NCBI GenBank assembly: GCA_034002905.1
Contig: JAVEZQ010000008.1
Location: forward strand, 10,206-74,205
Reading direction: 5' to 3'
DNA from: Alphaproteobacteria bacterium
GTDB lineage: Bacteria; Pseudomonadota; Alphaproteobacteria; UBA9219
DNA: 64,000 nucleotides
Shown here: positions 1-9,135 of the stretch, piece after piece
How positions within the stretch are numbered: position 1 is the first letter of the stretch
Layout of the letters: every line of letters begins with the position of its first letter
Notes under the pieces: generated by a model
Told to the model about the DNA's origin: nothing
Databases searched by the model: none
Seen by the model: the letters and a program-made list of their open reading frames with translations, nothing else
Position numbers and translations under genes: made by a program

Positions 1-9
1 AATTTTGCC

Positions 10-192
10 ATGGGCCGAACCAGACAATGCGGTCGGTCAGAAGATCCCACTGATAGCCGACATGCCCAGACGCCGATAAAAAATCAGTTGCCGATGAAAG
101 CGGTAACGAGTCCATTACTTGTGCCGTTAAAACATATTGTACAGGAAAAAGTGGGGGCTAAAGGTCCCTTCTTGTCGCTGCGTCTAAAATAA
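10..192 (+). CDS. Possible 3' end of a gene reading in from upstream of the window (frame is open back to position 1); product unknown
   Basis: The ORF frame runs to the window edge without a stop. I see no recognisable motifs. A short hairpin (AAGGGGGCACCCTT) follows at about 193-210. Confidence 0.2.
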   Translation: MGRTRQCGRSEDPTDSRHAQTPIKNQLPMKAVTSPLLVPLKHIVQEKVGAKGPFLSLRLK

Positions 193-362
193 GGGGGCAC
201 CCTTAAAATAAGATAAAATCACGCACTTTTTTATTATGATAATAAAATATCGACAAAACAAAAGGTTATCCGTTTTAACTCGGCAGGTTTTTATAATTTA
301 TTAGTCTTTTCGAGGCGATATTGCCTTTCTTTTAGAGGACTGCGTGCGGTTTTTACACTGGA

Positions 363-1214
363 ATGGACATGATATTTCTGATGCGTCTTAGGTTGCTGCC
401 GTGGCGACGTGTGTGTTTATGGGCCTTGATGGCCTATTTTGTTGCGATGGCTGGTGCCTTTATTTTGCAGCGCCACTTTCTGTACTTTCCCAATGACATT
501 TATTTGTCACCGCATGAAGCTGGTACCGAGGCGTTTTTTTCTGAATTGTCTGTGAAGACTGAGGACGGTATCGAGTTGAAAGGATGGTATGCCAAGGCAA
601 AGGATAACAAGCCGACCCTAATTCTTTTTCATGGAAATGCCGACAGCTTGCGGAAAATGGATTTTGTTGCCGCCCCTTATGTCAAAGAGGGGTACGGGTT
701 TCTTCTGACCGAATATCGTGGCTTCAGCGGGTTTAAAGGAAAACCGACGGAAGAGGGGCTTTATGCCGATGCGCGGGCTTTTGTTCGCGGCGTTTTGGCG
801 CAGGGTGTTCCCGAACGAGATTTGGTTTTCTTTGGCCACTCTTTGGGAACCGGGGTAGCGGTTGAAATGGCCAAAGAGTTTTCCAATGCGTTTGGCCTCA
901 TGCTTCTATCGCCCTATCTCTCGATGACCGAGATGGCCCAGCTCCGTTTCCCGCTCTTTCCGTCGCGCTATATGGTTTGGGACAAGTTTGATAGCGCCAG
1001 CAAAATCGGGACGCTTCATATGCCTGTTTTGATTGCCCACGGAACATGGGACGTTGTTGTTCCCTTTGATCAAGGCAAGGCGCTTTATGACCTTGCGCCC
1101 GAACCTAAAGAATTTCACGCGGTCGATAAGGGGCTGCACAACAATTTGTTCATCAATCCCTTTTCAACTATAGCTCTAGAGTGGCTCCCCAAATGCAGGG
1201 CGTGCGGGGATTGA
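363..1214 (+). CDS. Alpha/beta-fold serine hydrolase
   Basis: It has the LILFHGNADS oxyanion region and a GHSLG nucleophile elbow, with a downstream Asp and His (GLHNN), at about 283 aa. Confidence 0.8.
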   Translation: MDMIFLMRLRLLPWRRVCLWALMAYFVAMAGAFILQRHFLYFPNDIYLSPHEAGTEAFFSELSVKTEDGIELKGWYAKAKDNKPTLILFHGNADSLRKMDFVAAPYVKEGYGFLLTEYRGFSGFKGKPTEEGLYADARAFVRGVLAQGVPERDLVFFGHSLGTGVAVEMAKEFSNAFGLMLLSPYLSMTEMAQLRFPLFPSRYMVWDKFDSASKIGTLHMPVLIAHGTWDVVVPFDQGKALYDLAPEPKEFHAVDKGLHNNLFINPFSTIALEWLPKCRACGD

Positions 1215-1230
1215 GGGAAAGAGAGAGGCG

Positions 1231-1306
1231 TGGTGCCCCCACACGGACTCGAACCGCGGACCTACTGATTACAAATCAGTTGCTCTACCAACTGAGCTAT
1301 AGGGGC
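1231..1306 (-). tRNA. tRNA-Thr (anticodon UGU)
   Basis: The reverse complement reads GCCCCTATAGCTCAGTTGGTAGAGCAACTGATTTGTAATCAGTAGGTCCGCGGTTCGAGTCCGTGTGGGGGCACCA. It folds into a cloverleaf with a 7-bp acceptor stem, anticodon loop TTTGTAA, a TTCGAGT T-loop and an encoded CCA. Confidence 0.9.
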
Positions 1307-1426
1307 TCTTTCACATAATGGCACAACCACAGGCGCCAAAAAGGGTCTGTTGTGCGCGACAGAGCCCCTTCATACATGAGCTTTGTGGACTTGTCATCAC
1401 TTTTCAAACCCTCTAGGTTGTTAACC

Positions 1427-1819
1427 ATGAGACGAAAATTGCTGATAGGCTTATTTCTCCCCCTTTTGGTTGCGGGATGCGTCGGGACGGGGATGACTGG
1501 AAAACAGGCAAAGACTTACGCACAGCCCAGCTCGCCGGGCGGGCGCATGTGCACGCGCCAGTGTCGCAATGCGCATGAGCATTGTCGGGATAATTGTCTG
1601 TTTAAGGAACGGCAATGTGCCATGGATATTCAGTCTCAGGCCATTCGTGACTATGAAGATTACGTACGCGAACAGTTCAAGATGCGGGGCGAGGTGGATC
1701 TGAAACCCAGCGATTTTGAACAACTTGATAAATGCGCGCAGCCACGCTGTTTAAGCCAATGTGAAGATATCTATGATACCTGTTTTGAAAATTGTGGCGG
1801 TTCCATTCAAAATCGTTAA
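1427..1819 (+). CDS. Small cysteine-rich lipoprotein (hypothetical)
   Basis: MRRKLLIGLFLPLLVAGC is a lipoprotein signal with lipobox LVAGC. The mature protein of about 110 aa carries 10 Cys in two similar modules (C-x3-C-x6-C-x3-C-x6-C and C-x4-C-x3-C-x6-C-x3-C). I chose the ATG at 1427 rather than the ORF-track start at 1352. Confidence 0.55.
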   Translation: MRRKLLIGLFLPLLVAGCVGTGMTGKQAKTYAQPSSPGGRMCTRQCRNAHEHCRDNCLFKERQCAMDIQSQAIRDYEDYVREQFKMRGEVDLKPSDFEQLDKCAQPRCLSQCEDIYDTCFENCGGSIQNR

Positions 1820-1857
1820 GTTGTTTTGAAAGAGTTGAAAAGAGCAGTGGAGGCTTT

Positions 1858-3288
1858 ATGCGGCATCGATATCGGCAAACGAAAATAGTTGCAACCTTGG
1901 GCCCTGCCAGTTCAACCAAGGATCAAATCCGTTCGCTTTTTGATACGGGTGTCGATGTTTTTCGCCTGAATTTCAGTCACGGCTCCGCCGAGGATCACAG
2001 AGCGCGTATGCGTGCGATCCGGGAGATCGAGGCCGAGGTCGGGCGGCCCATCGCCGTTCTGGCGGATTTGCAGGGGCCAAAGCTTAGGCTTGGAACCTTT
2101 CGTGATGATGAAATCACGCTCCAAGTGGGCCAGCGTTTGCGGCTTGACCGAAATCCCGAGGCAGGGGATGAAACGCGGGTTTGTCTTCCTCACCCGGAAA
2201 TTTTCGAAGCGATACGCCCCGGCAGCGAGCTTTTGCTGGATGATGGTAAGGTTCGTTTGCGGGTAGAGGACTGTGGCCAAGATTTTGCGCTGACTGTGGT
2301 TGAAGCGGGGACAAAGCTCTCGAACCGCAAGGGGGTTAATGTCCCCAATGTTGTTCTTCCTCTTTCCCCGTTGACAGAAAAGGATCGAGCTGACCTTGCT
2401 GTCGCTTTGGAGATTGGCGCCGACTGGATTGCACTGTCGTTTGTCCAGCGGCCCGAAGATGTGATCGAGGCCAAGCGCTTGGTCGATGGTAGGGCCGCTG
2501 TTTTGGCCAAGTTGGAAAAACCCTCGGCGATCAAGGCGCTCATCCCGATTTTAGAGCACGCCGATGGTGTGATGGTTGCACGCGGCGATCTTGGGGTTGA
2601 AATGCCGCCAGAGAATGTCCCCCGCACGCAAAAACGTATTCTCCGCGAGGCAAGGCGTATCGGCAAGCCTGTGATTGTCGCAACACAGATGCTTGAGTCC
2701 ATGATTTCCAGCCCTACACCGACGCGGGCTGAAGCTTCGGATGTTGCCACAGCCGTTTATGATGGCGCTGATGCCGTTATGCTGTCGGCCGAAACGGCAA
2801 GTGGGAATTTTCCCATACAGGCAGTGGCCATTATGGACCGGATTCTTATTCATACACAGGAAGATATGGCCGAATATGGAGGGATTCTTGCGGATCGTCC
2901 CATATTACAGCATACAAGCGCCGATGCGATCACGGCGGCAGCGCGGCAGGTGGCCGAGACGATCGAGGCTAAGGTTATCATTACCTATACAACATCTGGA
3001 TCGACGACCTTGCGCGCCGCACGAGAAAGGCCACAGGTTGTCATTATGGGGCTTACGCCCAATTTGAAAACGGCGCGTCGTTTGGCTCTTTCCTATGGGG
3101 TGCATCCTGTTCATACAAAGGATGCCGAGTCATTCAAAGATATGGTTCAGAAGGCGGTGCGCCTTGCGCGTGAAGCTGGTCTTGCGACGGTCGGGGACAA
3201 ACTCGTCATCACGGCGGGCGTTCCATTTGGCACGCCAGGGAGCACGAATATCTTGCGTATTGCCCAAATCGAAGGGCTTGGTGCATGA
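1858..3288 (+). CDS. pyk: Pyruvate kinase
   Basis: KIVATLGPAS, NFSHG, MVARGDLGVE and the C-terminal effector domain match the family. A GGAGG Shine-Dalgarno sits 5 nt upstream of the ATG at 1858. Confidence 0.95.
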   Translation: MRHRYRQTKIVATLGPASSTKDQIRSLFDTGVDVFRLNFSHGSAEDHRARMRAIREIEAEVGRPIAVLADLQGPKLRLGTFRDDEITLQVGQRLRLDRNPEAGDETRVCLPHPEIFEAIRPGSELLLDDGKVRLRVEDCGQDFALTVVEAGTKLSNRKGVNVPNVVLPLSPLTEKDRADLAVALEIGADWIALSFVQRPEDVIEAKRLVDGRAAVLAKLEKPSAIKALIPILEHADGVMVARGDLGVEMPPENVPRTQKRILREARRIGKPVIVATQMLESMISSPTPTRAEASDVATAVYDGADAVMLSAETASGNFPIQAVAIMDRILIHTQEDMAEYGGILADRPILQHTSADAITAAARQVAETIEAKVIITYTTSGSTTLRAARERPQVVIMGLTPNLKTARRLALSYGVHPVHTKDAESFKDMVQKAVRLAREAGLATVGDKLVITAGVPFGTPGSTNILRIAQIEGLGA

Positions 3289-5066
3289 GTGAGTTTTTGT
3301 TAAAGAAAGCGCTTGAGGCGCATCAGTCTGGCGACCTTAAGCAGGCCGAAAAGTTTTATACCGCTGTCTTGAAAGATTTACCGGATCATCCAGATGCTCT
3401 GGCTCTTTTTGGGCTTTTGCTCGATGCAACGGATAGAAAGTCGGAGGCGTTGCGGTCGATTGAACGTGCGATTGCGATGGATCCGAATGCAGCGTTGTTC
3501 CGTTTTTATCTGGGCAATGTCCGCATGTCGATGGGCAACCTTGCTGGTGCGATTAAAGCTTATCGGGAAGCGATAACCCTGCAGGCGGATAGGCCGGAGT
3601 TTTTCTATAATCTGGGAAATGCTCTTCGCCAGTCCGGTTCATTGGAAGAAGCGCGTTTGTCTTATATGCAGACTTTGGCCCTTGTTCCCGAACATGCAAT
3701 GGCCCGCAACAACCTTGCGCTTGTCTATGAAAAAGAAAAGAAGCTTGCCGATGCTGTACGTGAACTGAGGCAAGCTGTAGAAGATGCGCCAGATTATGCC
3801 GAGGGGTGGCTCAATCTATGCAGTCTTGCTGAAAAGGATGGCCAGTTTGATCTCAGCCTTTTGGCGGGGCAGAAAGTCACAGAACTTGCGCCGGAAGCTA
3901 CGGATGGCTGGTTTGGTGTAGGCGTGGCTCTTAATCGCCTAGCGCGCGACGAGGAGGCCTTGATCGCCTATCGCAAGGCTCTGCAATTGGAGCCGGAGCG
4001 GGCAGATTTATGGGATAATTTGGGCCAAACCTACCAGTGTCTGGGACGAAATGAAGAATCCCGCAAGGCTTATCTTAAGTCCGTTGAGGTTGCGGGGCAG
4101 TTTATCGCGGATGAAGATACGCGCAAAGTCGATGAAAGCGAATATGGCAATCGTCATTGGCATCTTGCGCTCATCGAACTCTTGCTTGGTGATTATCGGC
4201 GTGGTTTTGCGCGCTATCGCGCGCGGTTTCATGATGTGAAGGGTTTACAGCGTCCCAAAATTGCTGCGAAAGTCTGGCATGGAGAAGAGGTCAGAGACTG
4301 CACAATTTTGGTAATGGACGAGCAGGGGCATGGCGACGGGCTGATGATGGCGCGCTATTGTCCTCTGTTGCGTGCGCGTGGCGCCTATGTGAAATTCCAG
4401 CTTCATCCGGCGCTTGCCCCCTATTTCAAAGGATGGAGCGGCGCGGATGAAATACTGACGCATGACCAGCCTATAGGTTCTTGTGATTATTATGCGTCGA
4501 TTTTTGATTTGCCCTATGGTTTTCGAACGGCGTTGGGATCAATCCCTTGTCAGGTGCCTTATCTGCCTTTGCCGGAGCCGGATCGAGATACAACGGTCCT
4601 TGGTGAAAGGGGGCTTAAGATAGGTGTTGTTTGGGCTGGAGCCCCTCTTCATAAACAAGACAGCAAGCGGAGCATTCCTTTGTCTGTTTTTTCCCATTTG
4701 TTTGAAGAAAGTTCTTTCTGTTTCTATAGCTTCAATCGTGACAAGCGCGAAGGCGATGAAGAAATTCTTGCGCACTATAATGTTCGAGATTTGAGCGGGA
4801 AATTGTATACTTTTCTTCAGACAGCCCAGCTCATGCGGCAAATGGACCTGATTATCACCTGTGATACCTCGACGGCCCACTTGGCGGGGGGGATGGGCTT
4901 GCCCGTTTGGACTCTTTTACCCTTCGCGCCGGATTGGCGGTGGCTAATGGATCGTGAGGATACGGCATGGTATCCGACCATGCGTCTCTTTCGGCAAAAG
5001 AAACCGCGTGCGTGGGCTCCTTTGATGGCGCACGTTCGGGAAGCTTTACGTAAAATCGAGAATTAG
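3285..5066 (+). CDS. Bimodular protein: N-terminal TPR repeats plus a C-terminal GT-B glycosyltransferase-like domain (family 9 / heptosyltransferase-like)
   Basis: There are at least six TPR-like helical repeats in residues 1-300. The C-terminal half has a GHGDGLMMARYCPLLRARGAYV motif (GxGD, as in GT9) and LIITCDTSTAHLAGGMGLPVWTLL (GT9 donor-binding region). The ATG overlaps the pyk stop as ATGA. Confidence 0.65.
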   Translation: MSEFLLKKALEAHQSGDLKQAEKFYTAVLKDLPDHPDALALFGLLLDATDRKSEALRSIERAIAMDPNAALFRFYLGNVRMSMGNLAGAIKAYREAITLQADRPEFFYNLGNALRQSGSLEEARLSYMQTLALVPEHAMARNNLALVYEKEKKLADAVRELRQAVEDAPDYAEGWLNLCSLAEKDGQFDLSLLAGQKVTELAPEATDGWFGVGVALNRLARDEEALIAYRKALQLEPERADLWDNLGQTYQCLGRNEESRKAYLKSVEVAGQFIADEDTRKVDESEYGNRHWHLALIELLLGDYRRGFARYRARFHDVKGLQRPKIAAKVWHGEEVRDCTILVMDEQGHGDGLMMARYCPLLRARGAYVKFQLHPALAPYFKGWSGADEILTHDQPIGSCDYYASIFDLPYGFRTALGSIPCQVPYLPLPEPDRDTTVLGERGLKIGVVWAGAPLHKQDSKRSIPLSVFSHLFEESSFCFYSFNRDKREGDEEILAHYNVRDLSGKLYTFLQTAQLMRQMDLIITCDTSTAHLAGGMGLPVWTLLPFAPDWRWLMDREDTAWYPTMRLFRQKKPRAWAPLMAHVREALRKIEN

Positions 5067-5084
5067 GAATTGTGAGTCGGGCAA

Positions 5085-5111
5085 CAAAAAAGGGCGCTCA
5101 AGCGCCCCTTT
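5085..5111. terminator. Bidirectional rho-independent terminator between convergent genes (strong for rpmJ on the minus strand)
   Basis: The hairpin AAGGGCGCTCAAGCGCCCCTT has T6 on the minus-strand side and TTT on the plus side. Confidence 0.6.
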
Positions 5112-5134
5112 GATGTTGGCTATGCATTGCACAA

Positions 5135-5260
5135 TTAGCCCTGACGCGCCTTATAGCGGGGGTTTTTCTTGTTGATGACATAAACGCGGCCTTTGCGCTT
5201 CACAACTTTGCAATTTTTATCGCGCTTTTTCAAAGCCTTAAGTGAGTTCGCGACTTTCAT
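5135..5260 (-). CDS. rpmJ: 50S ribosomal protein L36
   Basis: The 41-aa sequence [41 protein letters not shown] matches the alphaproteobacterial L36 paralogue type. A terminator follows immediately downstream. Confidence 0.9.
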   Translation of the reverse strand: MKVANSLKALKKRDKNCKVVKRKGRVYVINKKNPRYKARQG

Positions 5261-5687
5261 GATCTTGTTTCCTGCTCTCGTTGGGCGCCTTCGTGTCCGA
5301 AAACGCAACAAATCCTTGTAAAGAGCGCGCAACCTAGGGCTTTGGGCGTGGCTTGTCAAGGCTCGACTTAATTGCATGAAAAAGATGGCGTTTTTGAGCG
5401 GGTTAGGGAGTTTTTAACTTTATGGTGCGATGATGATTCTCAAGGAAGGCTTTGATATTGTTGAATGATCTTTTCCTTGGGGGGATGGCCCTTATGGCTT
5501 TTGATACTCCCTTTCCTTTTGTTGCCCCGTATATGTGCTTGTGCGGGATCTTGTTCTTGACCCCTTTTTCTTTGAATGGCCAACGTCAAACAGCGCCCCG
5601 TCGTGCGGGTTTGCTTTGGCCTTTTCTCGCGTCTTGCGAGCAGGTGGCTGACGACGAATCCCGTGCAAAACAAAAGATGAGGTTGCG

Positions 5688-6491
5688 ATGAGTAAAAAGC
5701 GCATGCGTTATGAAGAAGAGGATCATTCAGGATTTCGTCACCAGCGTAGCGGGAATGATCGTCGTCATCGTCATGCCAATGACGTGGAAACAAGTGGGCA
5801 AAATGAACGCCCGTCCCGCAATCCATGGGATCCCCTCAATCAGCCAAGTTTTGGTCAGCGTGAACAAAAATATGTGCGTAAAGTCCGTCCGCAAAATGAA
5901 AATCAAGCAGTACTCATTGAGGCAATGTCACAAAAGAATCTTGTGGTTGCCATTGGCCCTGCCGGGACGGGTAAAACCTATCTGGCCATTTGCGCGGCGG
6001 TTGATGCCTTGGAAAGTGGACGCGTGGATCGCATTATTTTGTCACGGCCTGCCGTTGAGTCGGGAGAGCATTTGGGGTATTTGCCCGGCGATTTACGGGA
6101 AAAAATGTCACCCTATCTGCGTCCTCTTTACGATGCGCTTAATGACCGTCTGGGCGTCAAACGCCTTAAACAAAGCCTGTCTGACGGGATTATCGAGATC
6201 GCGCCGATAGGTTTTATGCGGGGACGCACGTTGAACAATGCGTTTGTTGTCATTGATGAAGCGCAAAACTGCACCTATGTCCAACTTAAAATGTTGCTGA
6301 CTCGTCTTGGCTGGCATTCAACGATGGTTCTCACTGGTGACCCGGATCAGAGCGACCTTTTGAATGAGCTTTCAGGCCTCGCCGAAATTGCCCGCCGGTT
6401 GGAATCAGTTGAAGGCGTGGGGGTCGTCAAGCTGACTGAGCATGATATTGTGCGGCATCCTTTGGTCGCAAGTATGCTTAGCGTATTGTAA
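5688..6491 (+). CDS. phoH: PhoH-family ATPase
   Basis: It has a GPAGTGKTYLA Walker A, LSRPAVESGEHLGYLPGDL, a VVIDEAQN Walker B and C-terminal VRHPLV. A GAGG Shine-Dalgarno sits 5 nt upstream. Confidence 0.9.
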   Translation: MSKKRMRYEEEDHSGFRHQRSGNDRRHRHANDVETSGQNERPSRNPWDPLNQPSFGQREQKYVRKVRPQNENQAVLIEAMSQKNLVVAIGPAGTGKTYLAICAAVDALESGRVDRIILSRPAVESGEHLGYLPGDLREKMSPYLRPLYDALNDRLGVKRLKQSLSDGIIEIAPIGFMRGRTLNNAFVVIDEAQNCTYVQLKMLLTRLGWHSTMVLTGDPDQSDLLNELSGLAEIARRLESVEGVGVVKLTEHDIVRHPLVASMLSVL

Positions 6492-6513
6492 AACATAGGA
6501 AAACTTATTTTCA

Positions 6514-6540
6514 AAAGGGGGCACGCCCCCTTTTTTTTCT
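6514..6540 (+). terminator. Rho-independent terminator after phoH
   Basis: GGGGGCACGCCCCC followed by T8. Confidence 0.75.
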
Positions 6541-6613
6541 GGCGTCTTGACTTAGTCGCGCAGGCCTCTTACTTTGCGCGCGGATTCTGGTAAAAGCGAA
6601 GAGGAGGAAAAGC

Positions 6614-6955
6614 GTGAAGGGCGATTCTGATCTCGACAAGCTTGAAGCCTTATCCGAGCGGATCAAACGGGCGGAAGACTCAGCTCGCAATTCTGCAGGG
6701 ACAAAGGGGGAAAGCCTCAATGCCGCAACTAACAAGAGCATGATCGCTCTTATTCGTGTTGGTTCCGATTTTGTGGCGATGATTGTTTTGTCTGTCTTCG
6801 CAGGGTTGTTTTTGGACAGGTATTTGAATACGGCGCCATGGATTATGGTGACGCTTTTGTGTCTGGCCTTTGTATCCGGCTTTTGGATGATGATCCGGAT
6901 GTTGGGGCAGCGCAGTGATGAGCAGAAGCCTTCTGACGCGAAAGAGAAAGAATAG
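6614..6955 (+). CDS. atpI: ATP synthase protein I (AtpI/AtpZ-like small membrane protein), first gene of the F0 operon
   Basis: It is 113 aa with two C-terminal TM helices and a GTG start. Its position immediately upstream of atpB is typical for Alphaproteobacteria. Confidence 0.55.
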   Translation: MKGDSDLDKLEALSERIKRAEDSARNSAGTKGESLNAATNKSMIALIRVGSDFVAMIVLSVFAGLFLDRYLNTAPWIMVTLLCLAFVSGFWMMIRMLGQRSDEQKPSDAKEKE

Positions 6956-6966
6956 GGATAGGTCTC

Positions 6967-7719
6967 ATGGGAATGCATTCGCCTATTGAACAGTTTGAAA
7001 TCCACGACATGGCAGCGCCGCTGTTTGATGTGGCTGGCCACCCAATCGCGTTTACGAACTTTACGTTGGCGATAGTTGTGGTCGTTTTAATGAGCCTTGC
7101 CTTTGTGATCTTGCCCGTCCGCAAGCGCTCAATCGTTCCCGGTCGCTGGCAGGTTTTGCTCGAAGCTTTTTACAAAGTGAATGAGAGCATGCTTCTAGAA
7201 GCCGCTGGACCGAAGGCGAAGCCGTTCTTGCCGTTTATCTTCACGATTTTCACTTTTATCATGATGGGGAACCTGCTGGGACTCATTCCCGGATTTTATA
7301 CAGTTACGAGTCAGGTCGTCGGCAATCTCGTGATTGCGGGCTCTGTGATTCTTGTTGTGCTGGCCACGGGTTTCATCAAGCATGGGTTGCATTTCTTCCA
7401 TGTTTTTCTTCCGTCTGGCGTACCGGGTTATCTCGCACCCGTGATTTTCCCGATCGAGATGGTGTCGTTCTTTATTCGTCCCTTCAGCCTCTCTCTTCGT
7501 TTATTCGCCAACATGTTGGCGGGGCACATTCTTCTTAAAGTGTTTGCAGGCATGACTGCTGCGATTGCGACATCCGGATGGATCGCGTCGGTTGGCGTCT
7601 TGCCTTTGATCCTAAACGTGGCTATCGTCGGTTTTGAAGTTTTCGTGGCACTGCTTCAAGCCTACATATTCACGATTTTGAGTTCGGTTTATCTGCGTGA
7701 CGCGCTTGAGATGCATTAA
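6967..7719 (+). CDS. atpB: F0F1 ATP synthase subunit a
   Basis: It is a polytopic protein with the conserved SLSLRLFANMLAGH region, which contains the essential Arg. Confidence 0.95.
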   Translation: MGMHSPIEQFEIHDMAAPLFDVAGHPIAFTNFTLAIVVVVLMSLAFVILPVRKRSIVPGRWQVLLEAFYKVNESMLLEAAGPKAKPFLPFIFTIFTFIMMGNLLGLIPGFYTVTSQVVGNLVIAGSVILVVLATGFIKHGLHFFHVFLPSGVPGYLAPVIFPIEMVSFFIRPFSLSLRLFANMLAGHILLKVFAGMTAAIATSGWIASVGVLPLILNVAIVGFEVFVALLQAYIFTILSSVYLRDALEMH

Positions 7720-7780
7720 GCGCGGCATGAAGGTAGCTGAGGAGTTTAACCTAAACTAAACGCGTAAAAAGGAGTTTCCT

Positions 7781-8011
7781 ATGGAAGATTCAGCTTTGAA
7801 GTTTGTCGGTGTCGGTATCACGATGCTTGGTGGTGCAATCGGTGCCGGCTATGGTATTTCGAACGTGTTCCAGGCCTGGATGGGCGCTATTGCTCGTAAT
7901 CCTTCGGCCGATGCCAAGCTTCGTATGGTCGGCTTTATTGGTTTTGCTGGTACCGAACTCGTTCTTTTGATGAGCTTCGTTGTTGCCGCACTGTTGATCT
8001 TTGCTGTCTAA
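7781..8011 (+). CDS. atpE: F0F1 ATP synthase subunit c
   Basis: It is a 76-aa hairpin proteolipid with a GAIGAGYGI loop region and FAGTELVL (conserved carboxylate). Confidence 0.95.
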   Translation: MEDSALKFVGVGITMLGGAIGAGYGISNVFQAWMGAIARNPSADAKLRMVGFIGFAGTELVLLMSFVVAALLIFAV

Positions 8012-8044
8012 GCTTTACGAAACAACGAACGAAAAGATTGTCCC

Positions 8045-8617
8045 ATGAAGAGAGTTTGCATCCGACTGGCAGCGACCCTTGGAGCCGTGATAATGTATGC
8101 CGTTCCTGCTATGGCGCAGGAGGAGCATCATGAAGCTGCGAAGAAAATGTTGCCTGCATTGGATGTGTCTCTCTTTGCGGGAGTCCTTTTCTGGTTGATT
8201 ATTGCCTTCATTTTCCTTCTCGGAATAATGAGCCTCATCGGTGTTCCCGGTATTCGCAAAACACTTAGTAAAAGGCAGCGAGCACTGGACTCTGATTTGA
8301 AAGCGGCTCGCAAAGCTAGTGAGGAAGCCGAGGCGGTTGTCACGGCCTATGAAGAGAGTTTGCGTGAGGCCCGGGCTTACGCGCAAGAAACTGTCAATGG
8401 TATCGTTGCCGAAGCGGCAGAGCTTGCGCAGAAAAGACGCGACACACAAGATGCAGAAATCAAGCATCGCCTTGTTGTTGCGCAAAAGAACATTGCAGAT
8501 GCTAAAGAACAGGCAATGCAAGATGCTACACCTTTTGTGAATGATATCGTCCAGTTGATTTTTCAAAAAGTCATGGAGCCCGGTATTGTATATGAGAATT
8601 CAACGGCGGGGGCGTGA
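8045..8617 (+). CDS. atpF2: F0F1 ATP synthase subunit b' (b-prime)
   Basis: It has a single N-terminal TM followed by a long charged coiled coil. It is the first of two tandem b-type genes, as in alphaproteobacterial atpIBEF'F operons. Confidence 0.8.
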   Translation: MKRVCIRLAATLGAVIMYAVPAMAQEEHHEAAKKMLPALDVSLFAGVLFWLIIAFIFLLGIMSLIGVPGIRKTLSKRQRALDSDLKAARKASEEAEAVVTAYEESLREARAYAQETVNGIVAEAAELAQKRRDTQDAEIKHRLVVAQKNIADAKEQAMQDATPFVNDIVQLIFQKVMEPGIVYENSTAGA

Positions 8618-9129
8618 TGCACGGGGAGCTATCGATACTTAACGATACGACATTTTGGTATTCCGTTGCTGTTGTGGTCTTTATCGTTGCCGCGATCTGG
8701 AAGGGACGCGCGCCAATTGGCGCGATTCTGGACACCGAAATTGCAAAAATCCAGAAAGAACTGGATGAAGCAAAGCGCTTGCGCGCTGAGGCTGCTCAGA
8801 CGCTTGAGACCTACAAGACAAAGCAAAAGGATGCGATCAAAGAGGCTGAGTTGATTGTAACTAAGGCCAAGGAAGACGCCGAACGAATCCGCATTGAGGC
8901 TGAGCAATCATTGAGGGTTGATTTAGACCGACATGAACAGCTTGTGATCGAACGGATCAAAATTGCACAGGAAGATGCTGTCAAAGATGTTCGCGATTTT
9001 ATTGTTCAAACCGCACTTCATGATGTTCACAGGATGATTGATAAGATCAAAGGGGCATCGGACAAGAATAAGCTGATCGATGGTATTATTGCAGATATCC
9101 CCAAGCTTAAGCATGTGAAAAAGGCTTAG
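8614..9129 (+). CDS. atpF: F0F1 ATP synthase subunit b
   Basis: It has an N-terminal TM and a long coiled coil. The start overlaps the atpF2 stop as ATGA. Confidence 0.8.
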   Translation: MMHGELSILNDTTFWYSVAVVVFIVAAIWKGRAPIGAILDTEIAKIQKELDEAKRLRAEAAQTLETYKTKQKDAIKEAELIVTKAKEDAERIRIEAEQSLRVDLDRHEQLVIERIKIAQEDAVKDVRDFIVQTALHDVHRMIDKIKGASDKNKLIDGIIADIPKLKHVKKA

Positions 9130-9135
9130 CCGGTA

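Noticed and set aside
2190-2750. 186-aa minus-strand ORF, and several shorter ones at 1912-2853, inside pyk
   Set aside because: It lies antisense within a confidently identified, highly conserved gene. The product is low-complexity and Ser/Arg-rich, typical of shadow ORFs in GC-moderate DNA.
6511-7124. Minus-strand ORFs of 176 and 93 aa overlapping atpI and the atpB start
   Set aside because: They are antisense to the atp operon, have no Shine-Dalgarno or recognisable domain, and overlap the phoH terminator.
8015-8566. 183-aa minus-strand ORF opposite atpF2
   Set aside because: It is a shadow ORF of the b' gene. The Cys/Phe-rich composition is typical of antisense reading.
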